A stretch of 64,000 bases of DNA from Moraxella sp. (GTDB lineage: Bacteria > Pseudomonadota > Gammaproteobacteria > Pseudomonadales > Moraxellaceae): the NCBI GenBank assembly GCA_030528385.1, contig JAUMYZ010000001.1:174382-238381 (forward strand), read 5' to 3'. Position numbers and translations under genes: made by a program. The stretch's first letter is position 1; every line of letters begins with the position of its first letter. The notes under the pieces were generated by a model. That model was not told the origin of the DNA. It searched no databases and was given only the letters and a program-made list of their open reading frames with translations. This document shows, piece by piece, positions 50,310 through 60,193 of the stretch.

Positions 50310-52184
50310 CTAGCCGATACTGATTTTGGTGAGATTTTTGCGATAACCATACCAAATTTGCAGTAGGGCGCGAGTAACAATAATGGCGGTAAACAAAGAA
50401 GTGATGATGCCAATTGCCAGCGTGATGGCAAAGCCTTTGATGGGGCCTGTGCCAATGGCAAACAAAATAAACGCAATGAGCAAGGTGGTCAAGTTGGCAT
50501 CAAAAATGGAGCTAAAGGCGCGGTCAAAACCAGCCAAGATGGCGGTTTTGGCTTTGACGCCTGTGGCAAGTTCTTCGCGCACCCGCTCAAAGATCAATAC
50601 GTTGGCATCCACCGCCATGCCCATGGTCAGCACAATCCCTGCAATGCCAGGCAAGGTCAGGGCAGAACCGATGATGGACATGACCGCAAGCAGCATGACG
50701 ATGTTAAAAGCCAGCGCAATGTTGGCAAGCACCCCACAAGCTCTATAAAAGACAATCATCCACAAAAACACGAGTAAATAGCCAATTTGTGAAGCGAACA
50801 AACCTTTGTCAATGTTTTCTTGTCCAAGCGAAGGGCCAATGGTGCGTTCTTCAACAAAATACATGGGTGCAGCCAGTGCGCCGGAGCGCAAAAGCAAGGC
50901 AAGCTCAGACGCTTCGGCGGCGCTGTCTAGTCCAGTAATCACAAAAGATGAGCCGAGCACCGCTTGAATGGTGGCTTGGTTGATGACGCGCTTTTCGGCA
51001 TAGGGCGTGCGTATTTCTGTGCTTTGACCTGTTTTTTCGTCGGTTTGGTAGCTGATTTTTTGTTTGTTTTCAATAAACAACACCGCCATTTGTTTGCCAA
51101 CCGAAGTGCGCGTGGCGTTTTGCATCAGGCGACCACCAGCGGTGTCCAGAGTGATTGACACTTGCGGGCGACCGTTTTCGTCCACACCTGCTTGGGCATT
51201 TTGGACTTTGTCACCGGTAACGATGGCTTGGCGGTTGAGTAGAACAGGTGTGCCATCTAGTGTGCCAAAGGGAAAGGCTTCTGTGCCAGCGGGCACCACG
51301 CCCCCTGTATAATTGGCGGCTTGTTCGCTGACCATACGAAATTCAAGGTTGGCGGTACGCCCAAGCACGCGTTTGGCTTCGGCGGTGTCTTGTACGCCAG
51401 GAAGCTCTACCACGATGCGGTTGCTGCCTTGGGATTGCACCAAAGCGTCCGCCACCCCAAGTTCGTTGATACGATTGCGTAAGGTGGTTAGGTTTTGACC
51501 AACTGCATAGTCGTTGATGGCGGCCAATGCCTGCTCACTATAATGCAGCTGCAATGTTGGGCCTTCGTCGCTCATCACAGGGCGCAGTTCAAAATCGTTG
51601 GTTGAGCGCTGAATGGCAAGCTGAGCTTGGTCGCGTTCTTGGTTGCTATTAAAACTGAGCACCATGCCACTTTCGGTATTGCGCAGACCCTTGGTGGTGA
51701 TTTTTTCTTTGCGCAAAGTGCGGCGTATCTCTTGGTTGGCGGTGGCTAGGCGCTGTTCTAGAGCTTTTGCCATATCCACTTCTAGCACAAAACGCACCCC
51801 ACCGCGCAAATCAAGCCCAAGTTTCATGGGTTTGGCGCCGATGTTTTTGAGCCATTGTGGCGTGGTTTGGGCAAGGTTAAGTGCAATCACATAGTCATCA
51901 CCCAGATTTTTGCGCAAGGTTTCTTGGGCTTTGAGTTGGTCTTCGGCGTTGTTAAGACGAATCAGCACGCTGTTGTTTTCAAAACTGCCATCATGATGTT
52001 TGAGATTGGCTTTGTCAAGCAAACTTTGTGATTGGGTCAAGACATCAGCGCTAAGTTGAGTGCCAGCAGACGTGCCCGTGATTTGTACTGCAGGTTCGTC
52101 AGGATACAGATTGGGCAGTGCATAAATGCCAGAGATGACCAGCACCACAGCGATGAGTAGATATTTCCAAGCAGGGTAGTGCAT
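50310..52184 (-). CDS. secD: Protein translocase subunit SecD
   Basis: N-terminus MHYPAWKYLLIAVVLVISGIYALPNLYPDEPAVQI matches E. coli SecD ([37 protein letters not shown]). It includes the large periplasmic domain and the C-terminal TM bundle. Confidence 0.9.
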   Translation of the reverse strand: MHYPAWKYLLIAVVLVISGIYALPNLYPDEPAVQITGTSAGTQLSADVLTQSQSLLDKANLKHHDGSFENNSVLIRLNNAEDQLKAQETLRKNLGDDYVIALNLAQTTPQWLKNIGAKPMKLGLDLRGGVRFVLEVDMAKALEQRLATANQEIRRTLRKEKITTKGLRNTESGMVLSFNSNQERDQAQLAIQRSTNDFELRPVMSDEGPTLQLHYSEQALAAINDYAVGQNLTTLRNRINELGVADALVQSQGSNRIVVELPGVQDTAEAKRVLGRTANLEFRMVSEQAANYTGGVVPAGTEAFPFGTLDGTPVLLNRQAIVTGDKVQNAQAGVDENGRPQVSITLDTAGGRLMQNATRTSVGKQMAVLFIENKQKISYQTDEKTGQSTEIRTPYAEKRVINQATIQAVLGSSFVITGLDSAAEASELALLLRSGALAAPMYFVEERTIGPSLGQENIDKGLFASQIGYLLVFLWMIVFYRACGVLANIALAFNIVMLLAVMSIIGSALTLPGIAGIVLTMGMAVDANVLIFERVREELATGVKAKTAILAGFDRAFSSIFDANLTTLLIAFILFAIGTGPIKGFAITLAIGIITSLFTAIIVTRALLQIWYGYRKNLTKISIG

Positions 52185-52257
52185 AAGAGACTCTGTATTA
52201 AAAAGTAAAAGTGCTTGTAATCGGCACAAGAGCAAGGAGATGATAAGTTAAGGTCAA

Positions 52258-52575
52258 TTAAACGTTGTCAATCGTCCCAGCGGGCAAAACACTGATGACG
52301 CTGGCGCGTTGGATTTTGACGTCGGTGTTGTTATTTAGGGCGATGACGGCATATTCGCCTTCAATCTTTTTGATTTTGCCCATCAAGCCGCCAGCAAAAA
52401 CCACTTCATTGCCAGCGGTCAAAGACTCAACCATCGCTTTGTGCTCTTTGTTGCGTTTGGACTGTGGGCGGATAATCAAGAAATAAAATATGGCAAAAAA
52501 TGCCACAGGAATCAGTAAATTTCCCAACATAGATGGCTGACTGGCTGAAGCGGTGGCAACAACGGACAATAGCAT
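52258..52575 (-). CDS. yajC: Preprotein translocase subunit YajC
   Basis: About 105 aa with a single TM segment and the conserved IRPQ... pattern, upstream of secD. Confidence 0.85.
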   Translation of the reverse strand: MLLSVVATASASQPSMLGNLLIPVAFFAIFYFLIIRPQSKRNKEHKAMVESLTAGNEVVFAGGLMGKIKKIEGEYAVIALNNNTDVKIQRASVISVLPAGTIDNV

Positions 52576-52816
52576 GAATGACTCCTAAAAATAAAAATAA
52601 CGCATATCATAACATAAAATTGTCCCAGTTAGCGCAACTTTGTTACACAGGTGCAAAATCTGGCAAGCAAAAGCAGGTCATGGCAATAATTGCGTAATGC
52701 CAGAGTGAATAAAGCGACACAATTTTTGTAAATTTTGTATAATTGTAGGGACAAATGCTTGCAGTTGTGGCAAATTTGTCTTAATATTTGCGGTTTGTTG
52801 TGAGATATTATAGCTT

Positions 52817-53995
52817 ATGCCCCGACAGCGATTATTTGTCATCATTGGATTGGTTGGTTGTTTTGCTTTGCCTGTATTGGCGCTGGCAAACACTGCCCCC
52901 CAAGTTGCCACTTCCACCAACGTTGCTTTGCTCATCTTTTATGTTTCTTTGTCATTGATTGTGTCATTTATTTGTTCTATTTCAGAAGCCACATTATTGA
53001 CGATGACCCCAAGCTATATTGACACCATCAAGGACGATGACCCAAAAACCGCTGCACTGCTCCAAGACATCAAAGTCAACAACATTGAAAAATCCATTTC
53101 TGCCATTTTGACGCTAAACACCATCGCCAACACGCTGGGTTCTTTGGGCTCAGGCGCACAAGCGGTGATTGTGTTTGGTAACGCGTGGTTTGGGGTGTTT
53201 AGTGCGGTGATGACCTTGATGATTTTGATTGGCACAGAGATTATTCCAAAGACGCTGGGGGCGACTTATTGGCGACGTTTTGCTTTGCCTGTGGCGCATT
53301 ATGTACGCGTCATTAGCGTGCTTTTGATGCCCATCATTTGGGTAACCGAAAAAATCTCGCGCCTTTTGACGCGTGGCAACCAAGAAAGCAGCTTTAATCG
53401 TCATGAGTTTATTGCTCTTGCCAATGCTGGAGAAAGCTCTGGACAAATGAGCGAGCTTGAGACACGCATCATCAAAAATTCGCTGGCGCTTAGCATGATA
53501 AATGTAGAAGACATCTTGACGCCGCGCTCGGTCATCACAGCGTTTGACGAAAACATCACGGTGGGCGATGTCTTTGCTGTACATCCAAAATTGGTGTTTT
53601 CGCGCTTTCCGATTTTTGATACAGATTTGGACAATGCCACAGGTTTTGTGCTAAAGACCGATTTGCTCATTGCCAAAGCCAACCAAGAAATTCACACGCC
53701 CATCAAGCATTTTAAACGCGAAATCACCTTTGTATTTGCCAAAATGAAACTCTTTGATTTGCTAAATTTGATGCTCAAACAAAGGGTGCACATCGCTTTG
53801 GCGGTGGGAGAGTTTGGTGAAGTTAAGGGGCTAGTCAGCCTAGAAGATGTATTAGAGACGCTTTTGGGGCTAGAGATTGTTGATGAGATAGACCGCGTAG
53901 AAGACATGCAAGCGCTGGCAAAGCAGCTGTTGGCTAGGCGCATGAACCGTTTGGGCGTTCAGGTTGAAGATGACCAAAACATCACAGACAAGTAA
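52817..53995 (+). CDS. CNNM/DUF21 plus CBS-pair membrane protein (HlyC/CorC-like transporter family)
   Basis: N-terminal DUF21 TM domain (...SISEATLLTMTPSYIDT...) followed by a CBS pair (MINVEDILTPRSVITAF... GLVSLEDVLETLLG). Confidence 0.75.
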   Translation: MPRQRLFVIIGLVGCFALPVLALANTAPQVATSTNVALLIFYVSLSLIVSFICSISEATLLTMTPSYIDTIKDDDPKTAALLQDIKVNNIEKSISAILTLNTIANTLGSLGSGAQAVIVFGNAWFGVFSAVMTLMILIGTEIIPKTLGATYWRRFALPVAHYVRVISVLLMPIIWVTEKISRLLTRGNQESSFNRHEFIALANAGESSGQMSELETRIIKNSLALSMINVEDILTPRSVITAFDENITVGDVFAVHPKLVFSRFPIFDTDLDNATGFVLKTDLLIAKANQEIHTPIKHFKREITFVFAKMKLFDLLNLMLKQRVHIALAVGEFGEVKGLVSLEDVLETLLGLEIVDEIDRVEDMQALAKQLLARRMNRLGVQVEDDQNITDK

Positions 53996-54116
53996 GGAAA
54001 GCGACCGTTTTTATGCTAAAAACACACAACTGCCAAAAAACATTACAAAACAGTGATGATTTTTGGGGTTGTGGTTGTTATCTTAAAACCCGTAGTAAGA
54101 TGGACTGATATAACGC

Positions 54117-54650
54117 ATGAAATTTTTGAACGTGGCCAGTGTGCTGGCTGTGAGTGCCAGTTTGTGTTATGGCATCAAAAAACTTAGCAAAAGTGGCGCT
54201 TGGCATGGCTTTGCCACCAAAGTTGGGGTGATGGTCGGTGCTGGGTTGGTGATGCCAGCTTATGCCATGAGTAAACCTTTGGTACAGTCGTTTGCCAAGG
54301 CGCTGAGCGACGCTGCCAACAGTCAAAACATCGGTCGTGTTTCGGCACTGCTTGATGATGAAGTGGTGATTGCCATGACCAGACAAAACAAAACCAGCAC
54401 ACTGGACAAGAATGCCTATTTGCAGCTGCTACAAAAGAGCTGGGCGGGCGCCAAAAATTATCGTTATCATATCCATTTGGGTGATGTGGTCATTAGTGGC
54501 AATCAAGCCAAAGTCCAAGTCATCACCACCGAGATATGGTCAAAAGATGACAAACAAATCACCCTAACCACCACTTCGCGTGCCACGCTGGTGCATACTG
54601 ATAAAGGCGTGGTGCTGCTGCGCGCCGTCTCACAAATCACCATTGAATGA
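54117..54650 (+). CDS. Secreted hypothetical protein (possible NTF2-like / DUF4440-like fold)
   Basis: Signal peptide MKFLNVASVLAVSASLCYG plus about 150 aa. No confident family. Confidence 0.45.
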   Translation: MKFLNVASVLAVSASLCYGIKKLSKSGAWHGFATKVGVMVGAGLVMPAYAMSKPLVQSFAKALSDAANSQNIGRVSALLDDEVVIAMTRQNKTSTLDKNAYLQLLQKSWAGAKNYRYHIHLGDVVISGNQAKVQVITTEIWSKDDKQITLTTTSRATLVHTDKGVVLLRAVSQITIE

Positions 54651-54671
54651 CAAATGATGGCATTTGTTTTT

Positions 54672-54699
54672 AAGCCTTTTGTGTAAAAAGGCTTTTTTG
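54672..54699 (+). terminator. Rho-independent terminator
   Basis: AAGCCTTTT-GTGT-AAAAGGCTT hairpin followed by TTTTTGTTG. Confidence 0.6.
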
Positions 54700-54831
54700 T
54701 TGCGCCAATGGTCTTGACGATGGCAAAAGAGCGTGGATAAACTTCTTGGGGAGCGCCAATTAAACTTTGATATAATTGAGTTGGTATATTATAATGCAAA
54801 ATTATTTTCATTCGTATTTGTAGGACAACTT

Positions 54832-57327
54832 ATGGCGTTTTTATACAGTATTAACAAACCTGCCACACAAAAAATCACGCTGTTAAAACCATTGACGCTT
54901 GCCGTTTCGTCATGTTTATTATTTGCTTGTGCAAGCACCGAACAACACACAACGCCCAGACCAGCCACCCCAACCGCTTCATCGCCTGTATATCCCAAAA
55001 TATCCACCACCACTGCGTCCATGATGGGTGTCCAAGAAGACATTTACGAAGGCGTTTTGGACCAAGCGACCTTGGATGAATTAGAAGATTTGTTGCAAGC
55101 AACAGACATGAGCATGGTAGAAGGCGATACTTTGACCGTGCAGCGTTATGGCAATTTGTGGGACAGAGTGCGCCGCGGTTATCGCATGCAGCCTGTGCAA
55201 AACAGACGTGTAGAAGCCCAAAAATCGTGGTTTTATAGTCGCCAAGATTATCTTAACCGCCTAACTGCGCGCACGTCTCGTTATTTGCACCACACCGTTA
55301 CCGAAGCGGAAAGACGCGGCATTCCAACCGAGCTTGCTTTGTTGCCCATCATTGAAAGTTCTTATGACCCGTCAGCCACCAGCAACGCTGCTGCCGCAGG
55401 ACTGTGGCAGTTCATTCCAAGCACGGGGCGAATTTATGGGCTAAACCAAAGCGCTTCTTATGACGGTCGCCGCGACATCATTGAATCAACGCGCGCCGCT
55501 TATGACTTTTTGACCAGTTTGTACAATCAATTTGGCAGCTGGGAGCTGGCTTTGGCGGCGTATAATGCAGGTCCAGGACGCATTCAGCGTGCCATTAATG
55601 CCAATCGTGCAGCAGGCTTGCCAACCGATTATTGGTCGCTGCGTTTGCCAACAGAGACGATGAACTATGTGCCGCGCTTTATGGCGGTTGCTCAGATTGT
55701 TGGTGCACCAGAAGCGTATGGCGTGTATTTGCCCGCCATTGCCAATCACACGCACTTTAGGGCAGTGCCAGCCAACTATGGCGTGAGTTTGTATGAAGTT
55801 GCCAAAATTACTGGCGTGGCGCTAGATGAATTGCGCTTGCTTAACCCTGCGTTGATTAGTTTTAATGTGGACAATCTTGGGCCAGGTCGGGTGATTATCC
55901 CCAACAGTTTGTCCAAAAATATAGACACCAAAATTACCGCCCTAAAAGGTCAGGGTTATGGGGCAAGCACTCATGTGCCCAGCAGCAGTTATGTTTTGCC
56001 AAAAACTGGCATTCAAAACATGGAGTCTGCCAGAGTATTGGCTTCAACCAACACATTGCCAACCACCAGCGCACAAATCACCGCCAACAACACCATCATT
56101 CAAGAGCCGCCTTTGTCGCCAGAAGAGCGTGAATTTATTAAGGCACAAATTGAAGCCAATGCAATAGAAAAAGTGCAGCCCATCTCTAGCGATGGCAATA
56201 TTGAACTCAATGCGGTGCAGACCGGACAATCTGTGCTAGAAGCGCGCGGCGAATCAAAGAGCTTGACCTTTAGCGCGCCAAGCAGCACCTACCAAGAGAC
56301 GCTCCCCCAGCCACCAAAACCTGCCAAGTCTGAAGCTGCCAAGAACACCAGTTCCAAACCCAAACCAAACGTGCCAGAGCCTGCCAAGCCAGAGCGTTAC
56401 AAAGTGGTGAAAGGCGATACTTTGACGGGCATTGCTGCCAAACATGGACTGAGCGTTGCTCAACTTGCCAGTTATAATGGCATTTCTGTTGACAGCCAAG
56501 TCAAAACAGAGCAGCGCCTTTGGTTGGTTCCTGGCAAACTTAGCACCACAGCAAGCACCCCCAAACCTACCACCAAAACCATCACTTATGTGGTGCAAGC
56601 GGGCGACAGTCTGACCAGTGTGGCGCGCAAACACAACATGGCGGTATCGGATTTGGCGGTGTTAAATGGTTTGTCGGTCAATGATGGGTTGATTACCGAC
56701 CAAAAATTGCAAGTGCCTGCCAATATAGCGGCAACAAAGAGTACCAAGCCAGCGCCAAAACCAATCAAAACCCAGCCCATCAAATACACCATTCAAGCGG
56801 GCGACAGTCTGACCAGTGTGGCAGCCAAGCATGGGCTAAGTATTGATGAGCTGGCTGGCGCCAACAATCTGTCGGTAGATGCCAGATTGATTCGCGGGGC
56901 TTCATTAACCATTCCAGAAGCTGGCACAGTAACTGCCAAACCCAAGCCTAGTGTCAAGACGACAGAAGCTCCCAAACCCAAAACAGAGACACAAAGCCAA
57001 ACCAGCCAAGGCACAAAAATTAAAATCACCCAAGATTATAAGGTGCAGGCGGGCGACAGCTTGCACGGCTTGGCAAGCAAATATGACGTGTCGGTGGCAG
57101 ATTTAGCGGCGACCAACAACTTGCCAGTAACGGCGCAGCTAAAACGCGAACAAGTGATTAAAGTGCCAAAACTGACCGACATTTATGTGGTTCAGTCAGG
57201 GGATAGCTTAAGCTCGCTTGCCAAAAAGTATGGCATAAGCGTTGCTCAGCTTGCCAAGCTCAATCAATTGGACAATAAAGCGGAGCTTAAAAAAGGTCAA
57301 AAATTGACCGTGCCCATCAAACACTGA
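54832..57327 (+). CDS. mltD: Membrane-bound lytic murein transglycosylase D with five C-terminal LysM repeats
   Basis: Signal peptide plus an SLT domain (LLPIIESSYDP...AAGLWQFIPSTG...AYNAGPGRIQRA) plus five LysM modules (Y-x-V-x-x-GD-[ST]-L...). The start is set at MAFLYSINK. Confidence 0.85.
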   Translation: MAFLYSINKPATQKITLLKPLTLAVSSCLLFACASTEQHTTPRPATPTASSPVYPKISTTTASMMGVQEDIYEGVLDQATLDELEDLLQATDMSMVEGDTLTVQRYGNLWDRVRRGYRMQPVQNRRVEAQKSWFYSRQDYLNRLTARTSRYLHHTVTEAERRGIPTELALLPIIESSYDPSATSNAAAAGLWQFIPSTGRIYGLNQSASYDGRRDIIESTRAAYDFLTSLYNQFGSWELALAAYNAGPGRIQRAINANRAAGLPTDYWSLRLPTETMNYVPRFMAVAQIVGAPEAYGVYLPAIANHTHFRAVPANYGVSLYEVAKITGVALDELRLLNPALISFNVDNLGPGRVIIPNSLSKNIDTKITALKGQGYGASTHVPSSSYVLPKTGIQNMESARVLASTNTLPTTSAQITANNTIIQEPPLSPEEREFIKAQIEANAIEKVQPISSDGNIELNAVQTGQSVLEARGESKSLTFSAPSSTYQETLPQPPKPAKSEAAKNTSSKPKPNVPEPAKPERYKVVKGDTLTGIAAKHGLSVAQLASYNGISVDSQVKTEQRLWLVPGKLSTTASTPKPTTKTITYVVQAGDSLTSVARKHNMAVSDLAVLNGLSVNDGLITDQKLQVPANIAATKSTKPAPKPIKTQPIKYTIQAGDSLTSVAAKHGLSIDELAGANNLSVDARLIRGASLTIPEAGTVTAKPKPSVKTTEAPKPKTETQSQTSQGTKIKITQDYKVQAGDSLHGLASKYDVSVADLAATNNLPVTAQLKREQVIKVPKLTDIYVVQSGDSLSSLAKKYGISVAQLAKLNQLDNKAELKKGQKLTVPIKH

Positions 57328-57351
57328 TGGACACTGACATGACCAAGCAAT

Positions 57352-57378
57352 ACACCCACTGGTTGGGTGTATTTTTTG
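57352..57378 (+). terminator. Rho-independent terminator after mltD
   Basis: ACACCCA-CTGGT-TGGGTGT hairpin followed by ATTTTTTGTG. Confidence 0.6.
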
Positions 57379-57443
57379 TGAGAATTTTGGAAAAGAAAAA
57401 ACCACCCCGTGTCTGGAGTGGTCAACTGTCGGTCAGCCAGTGA

Positions 57444-57599
57444 TTATTTGATTTTGGCTTCTTTGAACAAAACGTGCTTGCGGATTTTGGGGTCAAATTT
57501 TTTGATTTCCATTTTGCCAGGCATGGTGCGCTTGTTTTTGGTGGTGGTATAAAAATAACCAGTACCAGCAGTAGAAACGAGTTTGATTTTATCTCTCAT
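57444..57599 (-). CDS. rpmG: 50S ribosomal protein L33
   Basis: Hand translation of the minus strand gives [51 protein letters not shown] (51 aa), a canonical L33. The ORF track missed it because it is under 60 aa. Confidence 0.9.
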   Translation of the reverse strand: MRDKIKLVSTAGTGYFYTTTKNKRTMPGKMEIKKFDPKIRKHVLFKEAKIK

Positions 57600-57636
57600 G
57601 GTAATATCCTAAAACTTAATGAGTGTAACAAAACAA

Positions 57637-57873
57637 TCAGATGTTTTGACCTTGGGCGCGCAAATCAGCCAGCACTTTATCAATGCCATGCTTATCAATG
57701 ATGCGCATACCTTTGGAGGATACACGAAGACGCACAAAGCGATTTTCAGACTCTACCCAAAAACGATGGTTGTGTAAGTTTGGCAAAAAACGACGGCGAG
57801 TTTTGTTGTTGGCGTGTGATACGTTGTTGCCCACAAGCGGGCGCTTTCCAGTCACTTGACATACGCGAGACAT
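57637..57873 (-). CDS. rpmB: 50S ribosomal protein L28
   Basis: [33 protein letters not shown] matches the canonical L28 N-terminus. Confidence 0.9.
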   Translation of the reverse strand: MSRVCQVTGKRPLVGNNVSHANNKTRRRFLPNLHNHRFWVESENRFVRLRVSSKGMRIIDKHGIDKVLADLRAQGQNI

Positions 57874-58132
57874 GGTGAACTCCTATACAAATTTGGCACG
57901 GATATTGAGCGGTATCGGGTGTGCCGTTTGGGCAAGGTATCTTGATTGTGGTATGGACACGATACACGCTTTGCACCAAACTTTATAAAGTTACGCCATT
58001 CTTTTGATTGTTAAAGGCGACAATAAAAGAGACAGCAGAAAATCAAAGCCAGTATTGTATATGATTTTTGCAGGTTTTTCAAGCAAGATTGTCATGTTTT
58101 AAAACTGGCTTGTTCTTGATGGCAACCATCCA

Positions 58133-58477
58133 TCAGCGAGCGGTCAGCGCATTGATGGGCAACCCAAAACCTTGCCAACCATAATGGATAAAATTACGAA
58201 TGTTGGCATGGTCTGTTCCACTTGGTGTGTCCAACACCGCTTTGTAATGCTCGGCAAAGAGTTTTAGGGTGTCTGATTGATTTAGGCCGTGTATTTTGGC
58301 AAGACTAAACACCTTGGCGCTGCCTTCGTTGCTGCCAGCGGCGTTGTGCACTTCGCCATTATAAAATTCTACAGGGCGGTAGGTGTAGTTGGCATCAATA
58401 AACGCCAAAACGTCTTTAAAGACCAAAGTGCCCGTGTCAATGCCGTGCAATAAGCGAGAAATATTGGTGTTGCCCAC
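58133..58477 (-). CDS. HopJ-family (type III effector HopJ-like) small protein
   Basis: About 114 aa with ...GTDHANIRNFIHYGWQGF... resembling the PF08888 family found widely in gammaproteobacteria, including non-pathogens. The call is tentative. Confidence 0.5.
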   Translation of the reverse strand: MGNTNISRLLHGIDTGTLVFKDVLAFIDANYTYRPVEFYNGEVHNAAGSNEGSAKVFSLAKIHGLNQSDTLKLFAEHYKAVLDTPSGTDHANIRNFIHYGWQGFGLPINALTAR

Positions 58478-58486
58478 GACAGCTCC

Positions 58487-58735
58487 TTAGCGATTAAAAT
58501 AGTCGTCATCAAATGAAGGGGGGGCGAACGCGCCTTGTTCAAGATGTCCCATGTGAGATGACTGCATTGAGCGTTCGTGCTGAATGCGTTGATAAATCTC
58601 TTCACGGTGGACGGCAATGTCTTTGGGAGCATTGACACCAAGTCGTACTTGATTGCCTTTGACGCCCAAAACAGTAACGCTGACTTCGTCTCCTATCATC
58701 AGCGTTTCACCAACTCGGCGGGTTAAAATTAACAT
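58487..58735 (-). CDS. csrA: Carbon storage regulator CsrA/RsmA with a C-terminal extension (82 aa)
   Basis: [48 protein letters not shown] is the canonical CsrA core. It has about 25 extra C-terminal residues, as seen in Moraxellaceae. Confidence 0.9.
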   Translation of the reverse strand: MLILTRRVGETLMIGDEVSVTVLGVKGNQVRLGVNAPKDIAVHREEIYQRIQHERSMQSSHMGHLEQGAFAPPSFDDDYFNR

Positions 58736-58877
58736 AAGAAGCTCCTTGCGCTTTGGTTACCCAGTTGTCAGATAACTATCAATAAAATACCCAAAGCATT
58801 ATTATAAAATGCCTTGGATAAATTGTCAGCAACTTTCTGGCTGATGGGAACGTTTATTATCAAACCAACGCTGCTGA

Positions 58878-60164
58878 CTAAAGACCAGCGACTTTACTTT
58901 CGCCATCTTGGCGGTCAAGACCAAAGGCGGTGTGCAAACTTTTGACCGCTTTTTCTAAATGTTCTTCTTTAATCAGCACGGACACTTTGATTTCGCTGGT
59001 GGAAATCATCTGCAAGTTGATGTTGTTGCTTGCCAAAGTTTCAAACATTTTACTGGCAACGCCTGCGTGTGAGCGCATGCCCACGCCAACGATGGAGACT
59101 TTGACCACATCATCGGTGCCGATAATTTTGTTTGCGCCAATGTCGTCTTTGACTTTTTCGTTTAGGATTTTGAGCGTTTTTTCGTAGTCGCTGCGTTGCA
59201 CGGTAAAGCTAAAGTCGGTTGTGCCATCTTCTGAGATGTTTTGGATAATCATGTCAATTTCAATGTTGGCGGCACTCACGGGGCTTAAAATGGCAGAAGC
59301 AATGCCAGGACGGTCTGGCACGCCACGCACCACGATTTTTGCTTCGTCTTTGTTAAAGGCAATGCCAGAAATAAGTGCACGTTCCATATCGTCTCCTTCG
59401 TCAATCGTGATAAGTGTGCCCACATTTTGTTTAAATACATCGTCAAAAGCGCCGTCTGTGCCTTCATCAAAACTGGACAAAACACGCAAAGGCACTTGGT
59501 ATTTGCCAGCAAACTCCACAGAGCGGATTTGTAACACTTTTGAGCCAAGACTTGCCATCTCGAGCATTTCTTCAAAGGTGATTTTGCTTAGTTTTTTGGC
59601 TTTGGGGGTAATGCGTGGGTCGGTGGTATAAACGCCATCTACGTCGGTGTAGATTTGGCATTCGTCAGCACCAATGGCGGCAGCGATGGCGACGCCTGTG
59701 GTGTCTGAGCCACCGCGACCCAGTGTGGTTAGGTCGTTGTACTCATTGACCCCTTGAAAGCCTGCCACAATCAATACTTTGCCGCCATCAAGTTCGCGCT
59801 TGATGTTGTCAGCGTCAATGTGCTCAATGCGTGCTTTGGTGTGGGTGGTGTTTGTTTTGATGGCAACTTGGCGACCCGTCATGGATTTGGCATCAACGCC
59901 CAAATCTTTGAGCGCCATCGCCAACAAAGCGATAGACACTTGTTCGCCTGTGGCGACCATTTGGTCGTATTCTCTGGGGTCTGGGTCGCTGCTAATCTCG
60001 CGCGCCAAGCCAATCAAACGGTTGGTTTCGCCACTCATGGCGGACACCACCACCACCACTTGATGTCCGTGGTCGTGCCAACGCTTAACGCGTGCTGCGA
60101 CGTTTTTGATACGGCTGGTGGTGCCCATTGACGTGCCGCCATATTTTTGTACAATCAATGCCAT
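58878..60164 (-). CDS. lysC: Aspartate kinase (monofunctional, with two C-terminal ACT domains)
   Basis: MALIVQKYGGTSMG, VVVVSAMSGETN and GRGGSDTTGVAIAAAIGAD motifs plus tandem ACT domains. Confidence 0.95.
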   Translation of the reverse strand: MALIVQKYGGTSMGTTSRIKNVAARVKRWHDHGHQVVVVVSAMSGETNRLIGLAREISSDPDPREYDQMVATGEQVSIALLAMALKDLGVDAKSMTGRQVAIKTNTTHTKARIEHIDADNIKRELDGGKVLIVAGFQGVNEYNDLTTLGRGGSDTTGVAIAAAIGADECQIYTDVDGVYTTDPRITPKAKKLSKITFEEMLEMASLGSKVLQIRSVEFAGKYQVPLRVLSSFDEGTDGAFDDVFKQNVGTLITIDEGDDMERALISGIAFNKDEAKIVVRGVPDRPGIASAILSPVSAANIEIDMIIQNISEDGTTDFSFTVQRSDYEKTLKILNEKVKDDIGANKIIGTDDVVKVSIVGVGMRSHAGVASKMFETLASNNINLQMISTSEIKVSVLIKEEHLEKAVKSLHTAFGLDRQDGESKVAGL

Positions 60165-60193
60165 TGTTTTGCCTTATTTGTGATTGGGTTAAA

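Noticed and set aside
60165-60193. Lysine riboswitch upstream of lysC
   Set aside because: Only 29 nt separate the alaS stop from the lysC start, which cannot hold an approximately 180 nt LYS element.
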